Below, piece by piece: positions 14,793 to 25,105 of a DNA stretch of 64,000 bases. Source of the DNA: an uncultured Acidobacteriaceae bacterium. GTDB taxonomy: Bacteria > Acidobacteriota > Terriglobia > Terriglobales > Acidobacteriaceae. Positions within the stretch are counted from its first letter, which is position 1. Every line of letters begins with the position of its first letter. Position numbers and translations under genes: made by a program. Under the pieces are notes generated by a model that saw nothing but the letters and a program-made list of their open reading frames with translations, made no database searches and was not told where the DNA came from. The stretch lies in the NCBI GenBank assembly GCA_963836305.1, contig CAWIJP010000015.1, positions 45,900 through 109,899 of the forward strand. The letters are read 5' to 3'.

Positions 14793-17117
14793 ATGGACCG
14801 ACGCGACTTTATCAAGAAGACCAGCACCGTGCTTGCCGGCACCGCTCTTGTTCCCCGCACTTTCGCAGAAAATTCGGTTCAGTCCAGCGCGGTTCATCCC
14901 GCGGGCCGGTTAGTTCTTCCCATCAACCGCAATTGGCGCTATAACCGCAGCGTGGCTGAGAATGGGCATGCGAAAGATTTTGACGATTCCGGATTTGAAC
15001 GCGTCGTAGTTCCCCACACGAACACGCGTTTGCCGTGGCACGGCTTCAACGAGAAACTGTCCCAGTTTATCTCTCTCTATCGCCGCCGGTTCAAGCTTCC
15101 GCCAGAAGCTCGTGGCAAGCATGTGTTCGCGGACTTTGAAGGAGTGATGACTGCGTCCACGGTGTGGATCAACGGAGTGCGCCGCGGAGAATACAAAGGA
15201 GGCTACACGCCGTTTTCCTTCGAACTGACCCAGCATATCGATTTCGATGGCGAGAACGTACTTGCGGTCGATGTTGATTCCACCGAGCGGGAGGACATTC
15301 CGCCCTTCGGGTATGAGATCGACTACCTGACCTTTGGCGGCATCTATCGGGAAGTTGCTCTGCGAATTGTTCCTGCGACGTTTATCGAGAATATTTGCGG
15401 AAGGCCCAAGGATGTACTCACGGCGCATCCGAGTCTCGATGTTGACTGCTTCCTTCAGCACCTCGAACCATCACGGATCCCGCTCACAATCGAAGTGGAG
15501 CTCCTGGATGGGAATCAGTCGCTCGCTAAGACCACTCAGCGTGTGGCTCCATCCGGCGCGTTAAGCGACCCGGTAGCCCACACCATCCACCTCGACAACC
15601 TGGGGTCGATCAAGTTATGGGATCTGCAGAATCGAAATTTATATCAGGTGCGCGTTCGTTTGCTGGACAAAAGCCGCATTCTGGATGACGACGCTCGCGC
15701 CCTGGGTTTCCGTGAAGCACAATTCACTGATCATGGGTTTGAATTGAACGGAAAGGTCATTAAGTTGCGCGGCCTCGATCGTCATCAAACCTTCCCGTTC
15801 GTCGGACAGGCGATGCCGGGCCGCGTGCAACGCCGTGATGCCCAGATTCTTCGCGAAGATCTGAGTTGCAACATAGTCCGCACATCTCACTATCCGCAGT
15901 CGCGGCATTTCCTGGATGCGTGTGATGAGCTAGGTCTGCTGGTTCTGGAGGAAATTCCCGGCTGGCAGCATATCGGTGATGAGGCATGGAAAGATCTTGC
16001 GGTTGACAATGTGCGCCGAATGGTTCGCCGCGACTGGAACCATCCTTCAATTGTCCTGTGGGGAGTGCGCATAAATGAGTCTAAGGATGATCACGACTTT
16101 TATATTCGAACTAACGCGCTGGCACACAAGCTTGATCCCACGCGCCAGACTGGCGGCATTCGTTATTTTCAGGAATCAGAATTCCTGGAAGACGTCTTCA
16201 CCATGAACGATTTCGGATTCCCGCTGAAGCCGCCGAACCATCCGCGTTATCTCAATACAGAATTCGTCGGTCATACCTATCCTACGAAAACTATCGACAA
16301 TGTGGAGCGGCTCACCGAGCACACGCTGCGCCACGCGCGTATTCACAATCAGTTGGCCTCGAACGCCCAGTATGCTGGTGGAATCGGATGGTGTGCCTTC
16401 GACTACAACACGCACGGCGACTTCGGTTCTGGCGATCACATCTGCTATCACGGCGTCACGGATATTTTTCGTGAACCGAAGCCCGCAGCTGGGTTCTACA
16501 AATCGCAATGCGATCCCTCGGAAAAAGTCGTGCTGGAGCCGGCGTTCCACTGGGCCCGGGGAGATGAGTCGATCGGCTTCTCGAGAGCGGTGATTTGCTC
16601 AAACTGTGACCACATCAAGTTCTATATCGATAACAAGTTGGTAGGCGAGGCCGATCCGGATCGAGCCGATTTCGGAAATCTGCCTTATCCTCTCTTTAAT
16701 GTGAATCTGGGGGAGTTGTTCCATCGTTGGGGCGATTTGAGAGTCGATGGCTATCTTCGGGGCAAGCTGGTGATCACCAGGAACTATTCAGGGAAGGGTA
16801 TCGATCAGAAATTCATGCTGGCACCAGACGATACACGGCTAATAGCGGACGGAGCCGACTCCACGCGCGTGGTTTTGCGCGTGACGGATGAATTTGGCGC
16901 CATCCGGCCTTTCGCGAATGATGCCATTAAGTTCGACCTGGAGGGTCCCGCAGACATTATCGGCGACAATCCCTTTTCGCTGGTAGGTGGCACAGGAGCG
17001 ATATGGATTCGCACCAGAGAACAAGCCGGCAAAGTGAGCTTGACGGCGACGCATCCGTCTCTCGGGAAGCAGCGGGTGGAATTTGAGATGACTACTGCAC
17101 TGCCAGAGAGCGTATAG
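14793..17117 (+). CDS. Glycoside hydrolase family 2 protein, Tat-exported
   Basis: Twin-arginine signal 'MDRRDFIKKTSTVLAGTAL'. GH2 sugar-binding domain ('FADFEGVMTASTVWINGVRRGEYKGGYTPFSFELT'). TIM-barrel 'NIVRTSHYPQS' and 'WNHPSIVLWGVRINES' (acid/base Glu region). Confidence 0.85.
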   Translation: MDRRDFIKKTSTVLAGTALVPRTFAENSVQSSAVHPAGRLVLPINRNWRYNRSVAENGHAKDFDDSGFERVVVPHTNTRLPWHGFNEKLSQFISLYRRRFKLPPEARGKHVFADFEGVMTASTVWINGVRRGEYKGGYTPFSFELTQHIDFDGENVLAVDVDSTEREDIPPFGYEIDYLTFGGIYREVALRIVPATFIENICGRPKDVLTAHPSLDVDCFLQHLEPSRIPLTIEVELLDGNQSLAKTTQRVAPSGALSDPVAHTIHLDNLGSIKLWDLQNRNLYQVRVRLLDKSRILDDDARALGFREAQFTDHGFELNGKVIKLRGLDRHQTFPFVGQAMPGRVQRRDAQILREDLSCNIVRTSHYPQSRHFLDACDELGLLVLEEIPGWQHIGDEAWKDLAVDNVRRMVRRDWNHPSIVLWGVRINESKDDHDFYIRTNALAHKLDPTRQTGGIRYFQESEFLEDVFTMNDFGFPLKPPNHPRYLNTEFVGHTYPTKTIDNVERLTEHTLRHARIHNQLASNAQYAGGIGWCAFDYNTHGDFGSGDHICYHGVTDIFREPKPAAGFYKSQCDPSEKVVLEPAFHWARGDESIGFSRAVICSNCDHIKFYIDNKLVGEADPDRADFGNLPYPLFNVNLGELFHRWGDLRVDGYLRGKLVITRNYSGKGIDQKFMLAPDDTRLIADGADSTRVVLRVTDEFGAIRPFANDAIKFDLEGPADIIGDNPFSLVGGTGAIWIRTREQAGKVSLTATHPSLGKQRVEFEMTTALPESV

Positions 17118-17265
17118 CTAACTCGGCCGTTGTTTCACAGCATCTGCGCGGTTACTCTTTCATGATCTTGCCGGGTTCCATGCGACCACGATAGAACGCC
17201 CGTTCGTTGACTCCCGGATGGCGTCTCCGTAATATGAAGCGACCCAACAACTATTCACCTTCCGA

Positions 17266-20112
17266 ATGATCGGCCAAACCATTTCGCACTACCGCATTGT
17301 CGAGAAACTTGGCGGCGGCGGCATGGGTGTGGTTTACAAAGCCGAAGACACGCGGCTGCACCGTTTCGTCGCCCTCAAGTTTTTGCCCGAGGAAGTTGCC
17401 CGCGACCCGCAGTCGCTTGCCCGTTTTCAACGGGAAGCTCAGGCGGCATCCGCCCTGAACCATCCGAACATCTGCACGATTTACGATATCGGCGAACACG
17501 ATGGACAGGCATTCATCGCCATGGAGTTTCTGGATGGCCTGACGCTGAAGCACCGCATCGGCGGGCGGCCAATGGAGATCGAGACCGTCCTGTCTTTAGC
17601 CATTGAAATTGCCGACGCTCTCGACGCCGCGCACAGCGAGGGTATCGTCCATCGCGACATCAAGCCGGCGAACATCTTTATCACCAAGCGCGGACATGCC
17701 AAGATCCTGGATTTCGGCCTCGCCAAACTGACGCCTGCGACGGGGAAGTTAGCAACGCCGGGAGAAATCGATGTAACCGCAGGCGTCAGTCTGGAATACC
17801 TCACCAGCCCGGGCACGGCCATTGGAACTGTGGCCTACATGTCGCCAGAACAGGCAAAGGGCAAAGAACTCGATTCGCGGACCGACCTGTTTTCCTTCGG
17901 CGCCGTGTTGTATGAAATGGTCACAGGCACCGTTCCGTTCCACGGAGACACCGCTGCCGTTATCTTTGACGCCATCCTCAATCGCGCTCCCTTACAACCC
18001 CTGCGCTTTAATCCCGATTTGCCGGCCCGGCTGGAAGAAATCATCAACAAGGCTCTCGAAAAAGACCGGGACATGCGTTATCAGCACGCCTCGGAGATTC
18101 GCGGTGACCTGAAGCGTCTGCAGCGGGATAGCGCTTCCGGCCACCGATCCGCGGCGCAAACGCAGGACGCAGCCGAAAACGCGCCACAACAAAGCGTTAC
18201 GTCCTGGCAGACGCCTGCGGGCGGAACTGGTCCCGCCGCAGCTCAGTCTTCATCGCCCCAAGCCTCGTATTCACACCTCACGGCGAGCGGTTCAAGCGTG
18301 AGCGCCGTGGCGCGCGAACACAAGTTTGGTCTTGCGGCCGTTCTCGTGGTTGGTCTGGTCCTGCTCGCCGCCGGCGGTTTCGGTGTTTACTCGCTGCTCA
18401 GCCGCAGCGGCCCCACCCCATTTCAAAATTTCACCATCACGCAGATCACGAACACCGGCAAGGCACAACAGGCTGCCATCTCGCCCGACGGCAAATATGT
18501 TTTGAACGTGCAGAACGATAATGGCCTGCAGAGCTTGTGGCTGCGCAACGTGCCAACCGGCAGCGATACTCAAATCGTCCCTCCGGCGGCGGCGGTCTAC
18601 CGTACCCTGATTTTCTCGCCGGACGGAAACTACGTTTATTTCCGCAAAGCTGGCCTCGGCACGCAGAGCGAGTGGGATCTTTACCGCACTCCGGTGCTGG
18701 GAGGCACGCCGCAACTCGTTCTCCGCGACCTTGATACAGGAATTACGTTCTCGCCCGACGGCCATCGCATCGCCTACGCGCGCGCCAATGATCCAGAGGT
18801 AGGCAAGTACCGCCTGCTCACCGCCAATTCCGACGGCAGTGACGAAACCATCTTGCAAATCGCCGCGAACGGGGCAGGCGATCTCCCTCGCAGCATGACT
18901 TGGTCGCCGGACGGCAAAAAGATTACTTATGCCCTCTTTACCCTCGGCGATGTCTTAGGCACCATCAAGTCGTTTGATGTTGCCGGGAAGCAAGAGGAAC
19001 CTTTAGCGGCCTTCAAGAATGAACTTCTGTTCGATATCGCCTGGCTGCCCGGCGGCCAATGGCTTCTCGCCAGGTATGACCAAAAAGGTCCGAGTTACGT
19101 GCGCTCGCAAATCGGTTTGCTTTCTCACAGCGGGGGGCAAATCCAGCCGGTCACTCGCGATACGAACGAGTATGACACGCTAACCCTTTCCGCCGATGGC
19201 AAGACCGCCGCCACCGTGCAGGTAAGAACCGCGTACAGTCTTAGCCTGCTTCCCGGCGCCGGAGTTCAGGGAAATACTACCGTCGAGCCCTTGACGCAAG
19301 CTCAGGATGTGCAGTCCGTCGCCTGGGCGGCCGATGGCAAGTTGCTCGTTTCCGACGGACAGAGCGTACAAACGATGCATCTTGATGGCGGGCAGCGAGC
19401 CACCATACTCAATGATCCGAACTCCTGGATCGCGGACATAGCCCGCTGCGGCGATCACTACATCGTTGTTGCCTGGGGGTTCCACGGAGGCACGAACCAG
19501 GTCCATCTCTGGCGAATCAACTCCGACGGCTCGAACCCGACGCAACTCACCAACGGAGTCTTTGATCGTTTTCCGGTTTGTTCCCCGGATGCAAAATGGC
19601 TCTACTACGCCGACGTGGTCCCACACTTTTCCAGGAGAGTGCCCCTTGAAGGTGGAAAAACGGAGCCAGTGCCGGCGAGCGACGTTCATGACATGTACGG
19701 ATTTGGCGCAGGCGAAGCCATTTCGACCGACGGAAAGCGGCTGATTTTCAATGCCGATATAAGTGGCCCGAATAGTGTAGCCCTCAGCAAATTGGCCCTG
19801 GTAACCCTGGACTCAACTTCGCAGTCCGCTCCCATCTTGTTCCAACCCGATCCACGGATAGCTACAGGAGGCGGAACTAGTTTTACCAATGCTATGGCCT
19901 CCACTCCCGATGGAAAATCCGTGGCCTACATCGTTCGCGATCAGGGTGTGGATAACATTTTTGTGCAACCGCTCGACGGCTCGCCCGGGCACCAGATCAC
20001 TAACTTCACTTCTGAACACATTGCAGAATTTCAATGGTCGCCAGATGGAAAAACTCTCGCCGTCGCTCGCGCGCAAAACACCTCTGATGTAGTCCTGCTC
20101 CGGGAAAAGTAA
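17266..20112 (+). CDS. Ser/Thr protein kinase with transmembrane helix and TolB-like beta-propeller sensor region
   Basis: Hanks motifs '[11 protein letters not shown]', 'VALKF', '[10 protein letters not shown]', 'DFGLAK' and 'YMSPEQ'. TM helix '[20 protein letters not shown]'. About 550 C-terminal residues carry recurrent 'SPDGK/SPDGN/SPDGH' blades. Confidence 0.9.
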   Translation: MIGQTISHYRIVEKLGGGGMGVVYKAEDTRLHRFVALKFLPEEVARDPQSLARFQREAQAASALNHPNICTIYDIGEHDGQAFIAMEFLDGLTLKHRIGGRPMEIETVLSLAIEIADALDAAHSEGIVHRDIKPANIFITKRGHAKILDFGLAKLTPATGKLATPGEIDVTAGVSLEYLTSPGTAIGTVAYMSPEQAKGKELDSRTDLFSFGAVLYEMVTGTVPFHGDTAAVIFDAILNRAPLQPLRFNPDLPARLEEIINKALEKDRDMRYQHASEIRGDLKRLQRDSASGHRSAAQTQDAAENAPQQSVTSWQTPAGGTGPAAAQSSSPQASYSHLTASGSSVSAVAREHKFGLAAVLVVGLVLLAAGGFGVYSLLSRSGPTPFQNFTITQITNTGKAQQAAISPDGKYVLNVQNDNGLQSLWLRNVPTGSDTQIVPPAAAVYRTLIFSPDGNYVYFRKAGLGTQSEWDLYRTPVLGGTPQLVLRDLDTGITFSPDGHRIAYARANDPEVGKYRLLTANSDGSDETILQIAANGAGDLPRSMTWSPDGKKITYALFTLGDVLGTIKSFDVAGKQEEPLAAFKNELLFDIAWLPGGQWLLARYDQKGPSYVRSQIGLLSHSGGQIQPVTRDTNEYDTLTLSADGKTAATVQVRTAYSLSLLPGAGVQGNTTVEPLTQAQDVQSVAWAADGKLLVSDGQSVQTMHLDGGQRATILNDPNSWIADIARCGDHYIVVAWGFHGGTNQVHLWRINSDGSNPTQLTNGVFDRFPVCSPDAKWLYYADVVPHFSRRVPLEGGKTEPVPASDVHDMYGFGAGEAISTDGKRLIFNADISGPNSVALSKLALVTLDSTSQSAPILFQPDPRIATGGGTSFTNAMASTPDGKSVAYIVRDQGVDNIFVQPLDGSPGHQITNFTSEHIAEFQWSPDGKTLAVARAQNTSDVVLLREK

Positions 20113-20249
20113 TCGATAAGGATTGCTTCAGCGAGGCGGCACGCCCCGCCATCTGGTCCGCCATGGCTTATCCCTTTCATGAAATCGCGCATGCACTAGA
20201 CGTTAATGTCGAACGGAATAATGACCAGAGATCGAGAACAGGAGATGCC

Positions 20250-22982
20250 TTATTCACGAGCAACACGAAAGGACAGAGCTTTACTCGCGATGAGGCCGAA
20301 CCCATTCTTACGGGCGGCATTCTCCAAGCTCAACGATTCTGCGCGGGCCGCGACCGACTGTTCTTCCCTGTTTCTCAACTCCGCCAAAGCTAGCCGCGTC
20401 TCGAACTCAAGCCCCAACAGCTGATGAGAATGAGCGCTTCGAAGTGTCTTCTGCAGTTGTGCGCTTGCTGCTGGGAAATGCCCAGACAAGCCTTGCACGC
20501 GGCCGGACATCATTTCAAACTGCAAACGGAGCATTGTGTTCGCAGTCTTATCGGCCAGCAATTTAGCTTGTCCGGCCTCAGACTCCGCTTCAGTAAGCTT
20601 GGATTCGGCCAGGAGCGCATCGATCAGCACAATGCTGGCGGCCAATTCGTCGTCTGCCTGCTGATCATGATGAAACTGTTCTTTGCATTTACGGATCACA
20701 GTTTCGGCGTCTGAGCTCCGCCCTTCTTCAATTGCCAGATGCGCAAGCGCAAGTTCAGTCTCTGCCGCCGTTTGTGTCTCGCCAGTTTGTTTGCGTATCG
20801 TCAGCGCTTCCTCATAGGATTTCCGGGCGGAGGCCAAATCACCGCGATCAGTGAGAACGTCTCCTTTTCCAGAAAGGATATATGCGACAGCACTCTTGTC
20901 ATCAGCTTCCTGAGCTACAGCCTTGGCTTGCTCGAGGGTTGTTAAGGCCTTGTCAAGCTCTCCTTTACGTCGAGCAACTTCCCCCAGATCGTTTAGCGTA
21001 AGAGCAACGCCATCCTTATCTCCCATCTCTTTGTAACCGGGAAGAGCGTCGGAAAGGGCATGCTCTGCGCTGGCGAGATTCCCGCGGGCCAGAAAGACAT
21101 CGCCAAGATTACTGGAAACCGTTGTTATCCCGTCGATAACGCCGATCTCATGGAACATTCCTAGAGCCTCTCGATACATATTCTCCGCCCGGTCAATCTG
21201 GCCCAATTGGTAGTAGAGTCCGGCAAAGTCACTGAGTGTGCGGGCTTCGTTGTTACGATCGCCTGCCGCTGCATAGCTCTGGCGAGCATTCTCGCAATCT
21301 CGGATGGCCTGCTCGGTGGAAGAGCCATTCCCCAGGGTCGCGCAAAGAACTCCATAGGCGCGTGCGACGAGCAAATTGGCACCTTGCGCCGTGCCCTTTT
21401 CAACCGCACGCCGCCCCGCTGCTTGCGCTTTCGCATAGTCGTTGTTTGTCCAAGCGCGTGATTCAATTATGTCGATCCGTGGATCGTCAGCAACTGGACC
21501 AGGCAGGTGCCTAAGAGCGGCCACGGTTTTCAACGCATTTTCAGAGTTCACATGGCGTTGCTCGTCGGCCAACCGGAGACCGTAATTGAGGTTGTCTGGA
21601 AATTGGGCAAAGAGCTTCCGGTACACCTCAATCGCCTTGCCCGTATCCTGCAGGGACGAATAGTACTGACCTTCAATTTGGAGACGCTCTTCTGAACTCA
21701 GATGTTCAGAAAGCGCAAGCGCGTGCTCCGACTCGTCGCGAGCCTTCAAGTCGTATCCCAGATGATGCCATGCATCCGACAGAGCGGAATGCGCTAGAGG
21801 AAAATCCGGTTCGACGCCTATCGCCTGGACAAGCAGATCACGCGCGTGGACAAAGTCGAATTCCCAGAGACGAGACCGACCTTCCGTGTAGAGCTTTACG
21901 GCCAGCGGCTTCAGCGGTAAAGCAGCCCTCGTCTGCGCGAAAGCTTCTTCTGAAATTGAGGTGCCTCCCAAGCTGTCCCGAAGAGACGCTCCGGCCTGGG
22001 TCACAAGTTCGAAAAGATTGTCTTCGTTCCCGACAAAAGCCCGCTCGGCAATGGTCTCGCCATGTTCGGTGTCTTGAAGCCGAACGTCCAGTCGAATCCG
22101 CCTTTCTCCTTTTCCCGGCAACGGAGTATACGAGCCAAGCACAACTACGTCTGCTCCAGGATTCGTATGGAGCCGTGCAAGGGTTTCTTTCGCCAGGCTG
22201 TCTTCATCGACCAAGGGCAGTTCTCGCTTTGCGCGTGCCACGTCCTCACCCGAGACCATGCGTAAGGCGCTATCAGCGGCGAGCTCGGTGCTGAGCATTT
22301 CCGCAAAGGCCGATGAGAGCCAGTTGTCCTCGGGACGTCCAGGCAGGTTGCGAAAACCCATGACGGCCACAGATCGTCGAACATGTACTTGCGGAAGGTT
22401 GGTCTCGGCCGCTGTCTTATTTTCTATTCTGGTCCGCGGAAGCCGGAATCGATAAGCGGTACTCCCGATCACAAGCACAACGAATGCGGCAATTGCTATG
22501 TAACGCCACCTCCGACCTGAAATGGCAGGGAGTTTTTTTGCTCGGGGCGACGAAATCGGCGCTGTTATCGTCTCAGGCGCGAGGGGGCGGGCCGGATTCT
22601 CTGACTCTGTGACCGTAGTGACCGGTGCCAAGAATCGGTAGCCTTGCCGTGGCACCGTTTCCACATAACAAGGTGCGTCCGCATTGTCTCCGAGTGCATC
22701 ACGGATTTTCCGGATCGCGACTCCCAGGCTGTTATCGAACTCTACGAAAGTGTTTTCCGGCCAAAGGCGCTGGCGAAGCTCTTCTCGGGAGACGATCTCT
22801 CCTGGCTTTTCCACCAGAATTGCCAGCATGCGGAAGGGCAGATCTTGCAGCTTGAGCTGCTTAGTGTTGCGAGTGAGCGTGGCCCGACTGGGATCAAGCT
22901 GGAACGGACCAAACCTGTAAACAGTTTTCTTGTGAAGCTCCCCAAGCGACACGCGGTTCCCTTTGGCCACAAATGGTAGCAC
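20250..22982 (-). CDS. CadC/OmpR-type winged-helix regulator, membrane-anchored, with TolB_N-like and TPR domains
   Basis: N-terminus 'YRFGPFQLDPSRATLTRNTKQLKLQDLPFRMLAILVEKPGEIVSREELRQRLWPENTFVEFDNSLGVAIRKIRDAL..VETVPRQGYRF' is a Trans_reg_C domain. TM helix 'YIAIAAFVVLVIGSTAY'. About 500 aa of TPR-like repeats follow. Confidence 0.85.
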   Translation of the reverse strand: MLPFVAKGNRVSLGELHKKTVYRFGPFQLDPSRATLTRNTKQLKLQDLPFRMLAILVEKPGEIVSREELRQRLWPENTFVEFDNSLGVAIRKIRDALGDNADAPCYVETVPRQGYRFLAPVTTVTESENPARPLAPETITAPISSPRAKKLPAISGRRWRYIAIAAFVVLVIGSTAYRFRLPRTRIENKTAAETNLPQVHVRRSVAVMGFRNLPGRPEDNWLSSAFAEMLSTELAADSALRMVSGEDVARAKRELPLVDEDSLAKETLARLHTNPGADVVVLGSYTPLPGKGERRIRLDVRLQDTEHGETIAERAFVGNEDNLFELVTQAGASLRDSLGGTSISEEAFAQTRAALPLKPLAVKLYTEGRSRLWEFDFVHARDLLVQAIGVEPDFPLAHSALSDAWHHLGYDLKARDESEHALALSEHLSSEERLQIEGQYYSSLQDTGKAIEVYRKLFAQFPDNLNYGLRLADEQRHVNSENALKTVAALRHLPGPVADDPRIDIIESRAWTNNDYAKAQAAGRRAVEKGTAQGANLLVARAYGVLCATLGNGSSTEQAIRDCENARQSYAAAGDRNNEARTLSDFAGLYYQLGQIDRAENMYREALGMFHEIGVIDGITTVSSNLGDVFLARGNLASAEHALSDALPGYKEMGDKDGVALTLNDLGEVARRKGELDKALTTLEQAKAVAQEADDKSAVAYILSGKGDVLTDRGDLASARKSYEEALTIRKQTGETQTAAETELALAHLAIEEGRSSDAETVIRKCKEQFHHDQQADDELAASIVLIDALLAESKLTEAESEAGQAKLLADKTANTMLRLQFEMMSGRVQGLSGHFPAASAQLQKTLRSAHSHQLLGLEFETRLALAELRNREEQSVAARAESLSLENAARKNGFGLIASKALSFRVARE

Positions 22983-23145
22983 AGCGCGTTAATAAGGCGG
23001 TCTAAGCCCATAGAAACCTGACTCTTATCAGTTAAAGCAGGTTTAAGGGAAAGTTTCATTGACCCGACGAACATGTCCCTGCAGATTGATGCTCGCAGGG
23101 CAGCGATTCCTACGACCACAACTGCTGCCCACCAGCCATCAGGGC

Positions 23146-23218
23146 GGAAGTGGCATCGGGGGGTGCCACTTCCACCTGGGGAAGCCACTTGAGAGGTAAG
23201 GAAGATAGGGGTAAGGAA
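23146..23218 (+). promoter_or_regulatory. Structured leader upstream of the multicopper oxidase gene (10-bp hairpin, alternative pairing arm, duplicated SD-like element)
   Basis: GGAAGTGGCA (23146-55), loop TCGGGGGG, TGCCACTTCC (23164-73). A third element GAAGCCACTT (23181-90) could pair with the first arm instead. GGTAAGGAA occurs twice (23194-23202, 23210-23218) just before ATG 23223. Function not established. Confidence 0.35.
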
Positions 23219-23222
23219 AATC

Positions 23223-24362
23223 ATGATGAAACGAATCCTGATCGTCGTAATCCTGTTGGCGATTCCCGCTTGCTTCGGGCAGACGCACACCCCGAAGGTT
23301 CGCGCGTATTACATAGCGGCCGACGAAGTCGATTGGGACTATGCCCCTGGCGGCGTCAACAAGATGATGGGCATGAAGTTTGATGGCTACTCGAAAGTCT
23401 TTGTCGAGCGCGGCCCGCATCGCATTGGGAGTATCTATCGCAAGGCGCTGTATCGCGAATATACCGACGAAACCTTTGCCCACCTTAAGCCCCGGCCTGC
23501 AGAGTGGGAGTCCTCCGGAATTCTCGGTCCGATTCTGCGGGCCGAGGTCGGCGATACGATTCGCGTAGCCTTCAAGAACAATGCCACGCATCCCTATAGC
23601 ATGCATCCTCATGGCGTCTTCTATAAGAAAGACTCGGAGGGTGCACTCTACGAGGATGGGACGTCTGGTTCAGACAAAGGCGATGACGCTGTACCGCCCG
23701 GCAAGACTCACGTTTACACCTGGGAAGTACCGGAACGGGCCGGGCCTGGACCAAATGATCCAAGCTCGATCGTGTGGCTCTACCACTCGCATTCCTATGA
23801 AATGAGAGACGTCCACAGCGGACTGGTGGGCGCAATCATTATCTCGCGTCGCGGTGCCGCCGATGCTTCCGGAAAACCTAAAGATGTCGACAGAGAGTTC
23901 GTCTGCTTATTCATGCTGTTCGATGAAAACCAGAGCTGGTATCTGGACTACAACATTCAGACTTACACCAGTGATCCTAAGGGTGTGAATAAGGGTGAGT
24001 TCGTTCCCGTCGACGCGGATGGAAATCTGGCTCCCGCCGGCACTGGCTTTTCGGTCGCCAATGGAAAGTTCGCAATCAACGGATACATCTATGGAACTGG
24101 ACCGGTCATGACCATGAAAAAGGGAGAGCGCGTTCGCTGGTATCTCGTCGGTCTCGGCGAGGGGTTTAGTTTACACACCCCGCATTGGCACGGAAATGTC
24201 GTGCTTCAAGACGGCAAACGTACCGATGTGGTTTCCCTTTTGCAAGCACAGATGGTCACAGTGGACATGGTCCCCGATGATCCGGGTACTTGGATGTTTC
24301 ACTGCCATCTTGATGACCACATGGAAGCCGGGATGATGGCGTTCTACAAGGTCGAGCCGTAA
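23223..24362 (+). CDS. Two-domain multicopper oxidase, ceruloplasmin-like
   Basis: Signal peptide 'MMKRILIVVILLAIPACFGQ'. 'AYYIAADEVDWDYAPGG..YREYTDETF..GILGPILRAEVGDTIRV' resembles ceruloplasmin / factor V-VIII A-domain openings (from memory). Cu ligands: 'HPYSMHPHG', 'WLYHSHS', 'HTPHWHG' and 'WMFHCHLDDHMEAGMM' (T1 Cys-His-Met in domain 2). Confidence 0.9.
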   Translation: MMKRILIVVILLAIPACFGQTHTPKVRAYYIAADEVDWDYAPGGVNKMMGMKFDGYSKVFVERGPHRIGSIYRKALYREYTDETFAHLKPRPAEWESSGILGPILRAEVGDTIRVAFKNNATHPYSMHPHGVFYKKDSEGALYEDGTSGSDKGDDAVPPGKTHVYTWEVPERAGPGPNDPSSIVWLYHSHSYEMRDVHSGLVGAIIISRRGAADASGKPKDVDREFVCLFMLFDENQSWYLDYNIQTYTSDPKGVNKGEFVPVDADGNLAPAGTGFSVANGKFAINGYIYGTGPVMTMKKGERVRWYLVGLGEGFSLHTPHWHGNVVLQDGKRTDVVSLLQAQMVTVDMVPDDPGTWMFHCHLDDHMEAGMMAFYKVEP

Positions 24363-24415
24363 TTTAAATACCCCATGTCGACAATTGGGAAATCTGTTGT
24401 GGAAGGAGAATCGCG

Positions 24416-24937
24416 ATGTTTCGAAATGCTTTTGTCGATTGCATCCTGTTAATACTTGCCTCGATGGGTTCGCATTATGCCGTGGCGGCCGATTCCTGCC
24501 AGCCCGTATTTGACGCTATGAACAAAGTGCTCGTGACCCCATCCCACGTCTTTTCCACGGAAGGCGCCGGGACGCGGGCCGGTGCGAAACCGCAGAGCGA
24601 GTCAATCTATTTTGGCGGCGCTATTTACGTCAAGCTCAACGACAAATGGATTCGCAGCAAAATGACCGTGCAACAAATGCTTGAGCAGGAGAAAGAAAAT
24701 CGAGAACATGGTACCGCAACCTGTCGCTACCTGCGTGAAGAAGTAGTGAGCGGCGAAGCTGCCGCCGTCTACAGCGCTCATAGCGAAAACGAAGATGTGA
24801 AGTCGGATGGGCAGGTATGGATTTCCAAGAAGGGATTGCCCCTGCGCCAGGAACTCGACATCGACATGGGCGACCCCAGCAAGATTCACCACTCACTTCG
24901 TTACGAGTACAGCAACGTGCAGGCACCGCCTATGTAG
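24416..24937 (+). CDS. Hypothetical exported protein
   Basis: 173 aa. Signal peptide 'CILLILASMGSHYAVAADS'. GGAAGGAG precedes the ATG. No family recognised. Confidence 0.6.
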   Translation: MFRNAFVDCILLILASMGSHYAVAADSCQPVFDAMNKVLVTPSHVFSTEGAGTRAGAKPQSESIYFGGAIYVKLNDKWIRSKMTVQQMLEQEKENREHGTATCRYLREEVVSGEAAAVYSAHSENEDVKSDGQVWISKKGLPLRQELDIDMGDPSKIHHSLRYEYSNVQAPPM

Positions 24938-25105
24938 AGGCGAAAGTACAGCGATAGCGGTCGTTGCAAAGCTCCATCTACAACTGTGGGAGAGCGGAAA
25001 GGAGCACCGCTCGACCCGCTTCGAGTACGGAAATTTCGTCCACCAATGTAAACAGCCCGTTGCGGTTCGCGAAATTCCACAGCCGTTAACTAAGGAGTCA
25101 TACCC

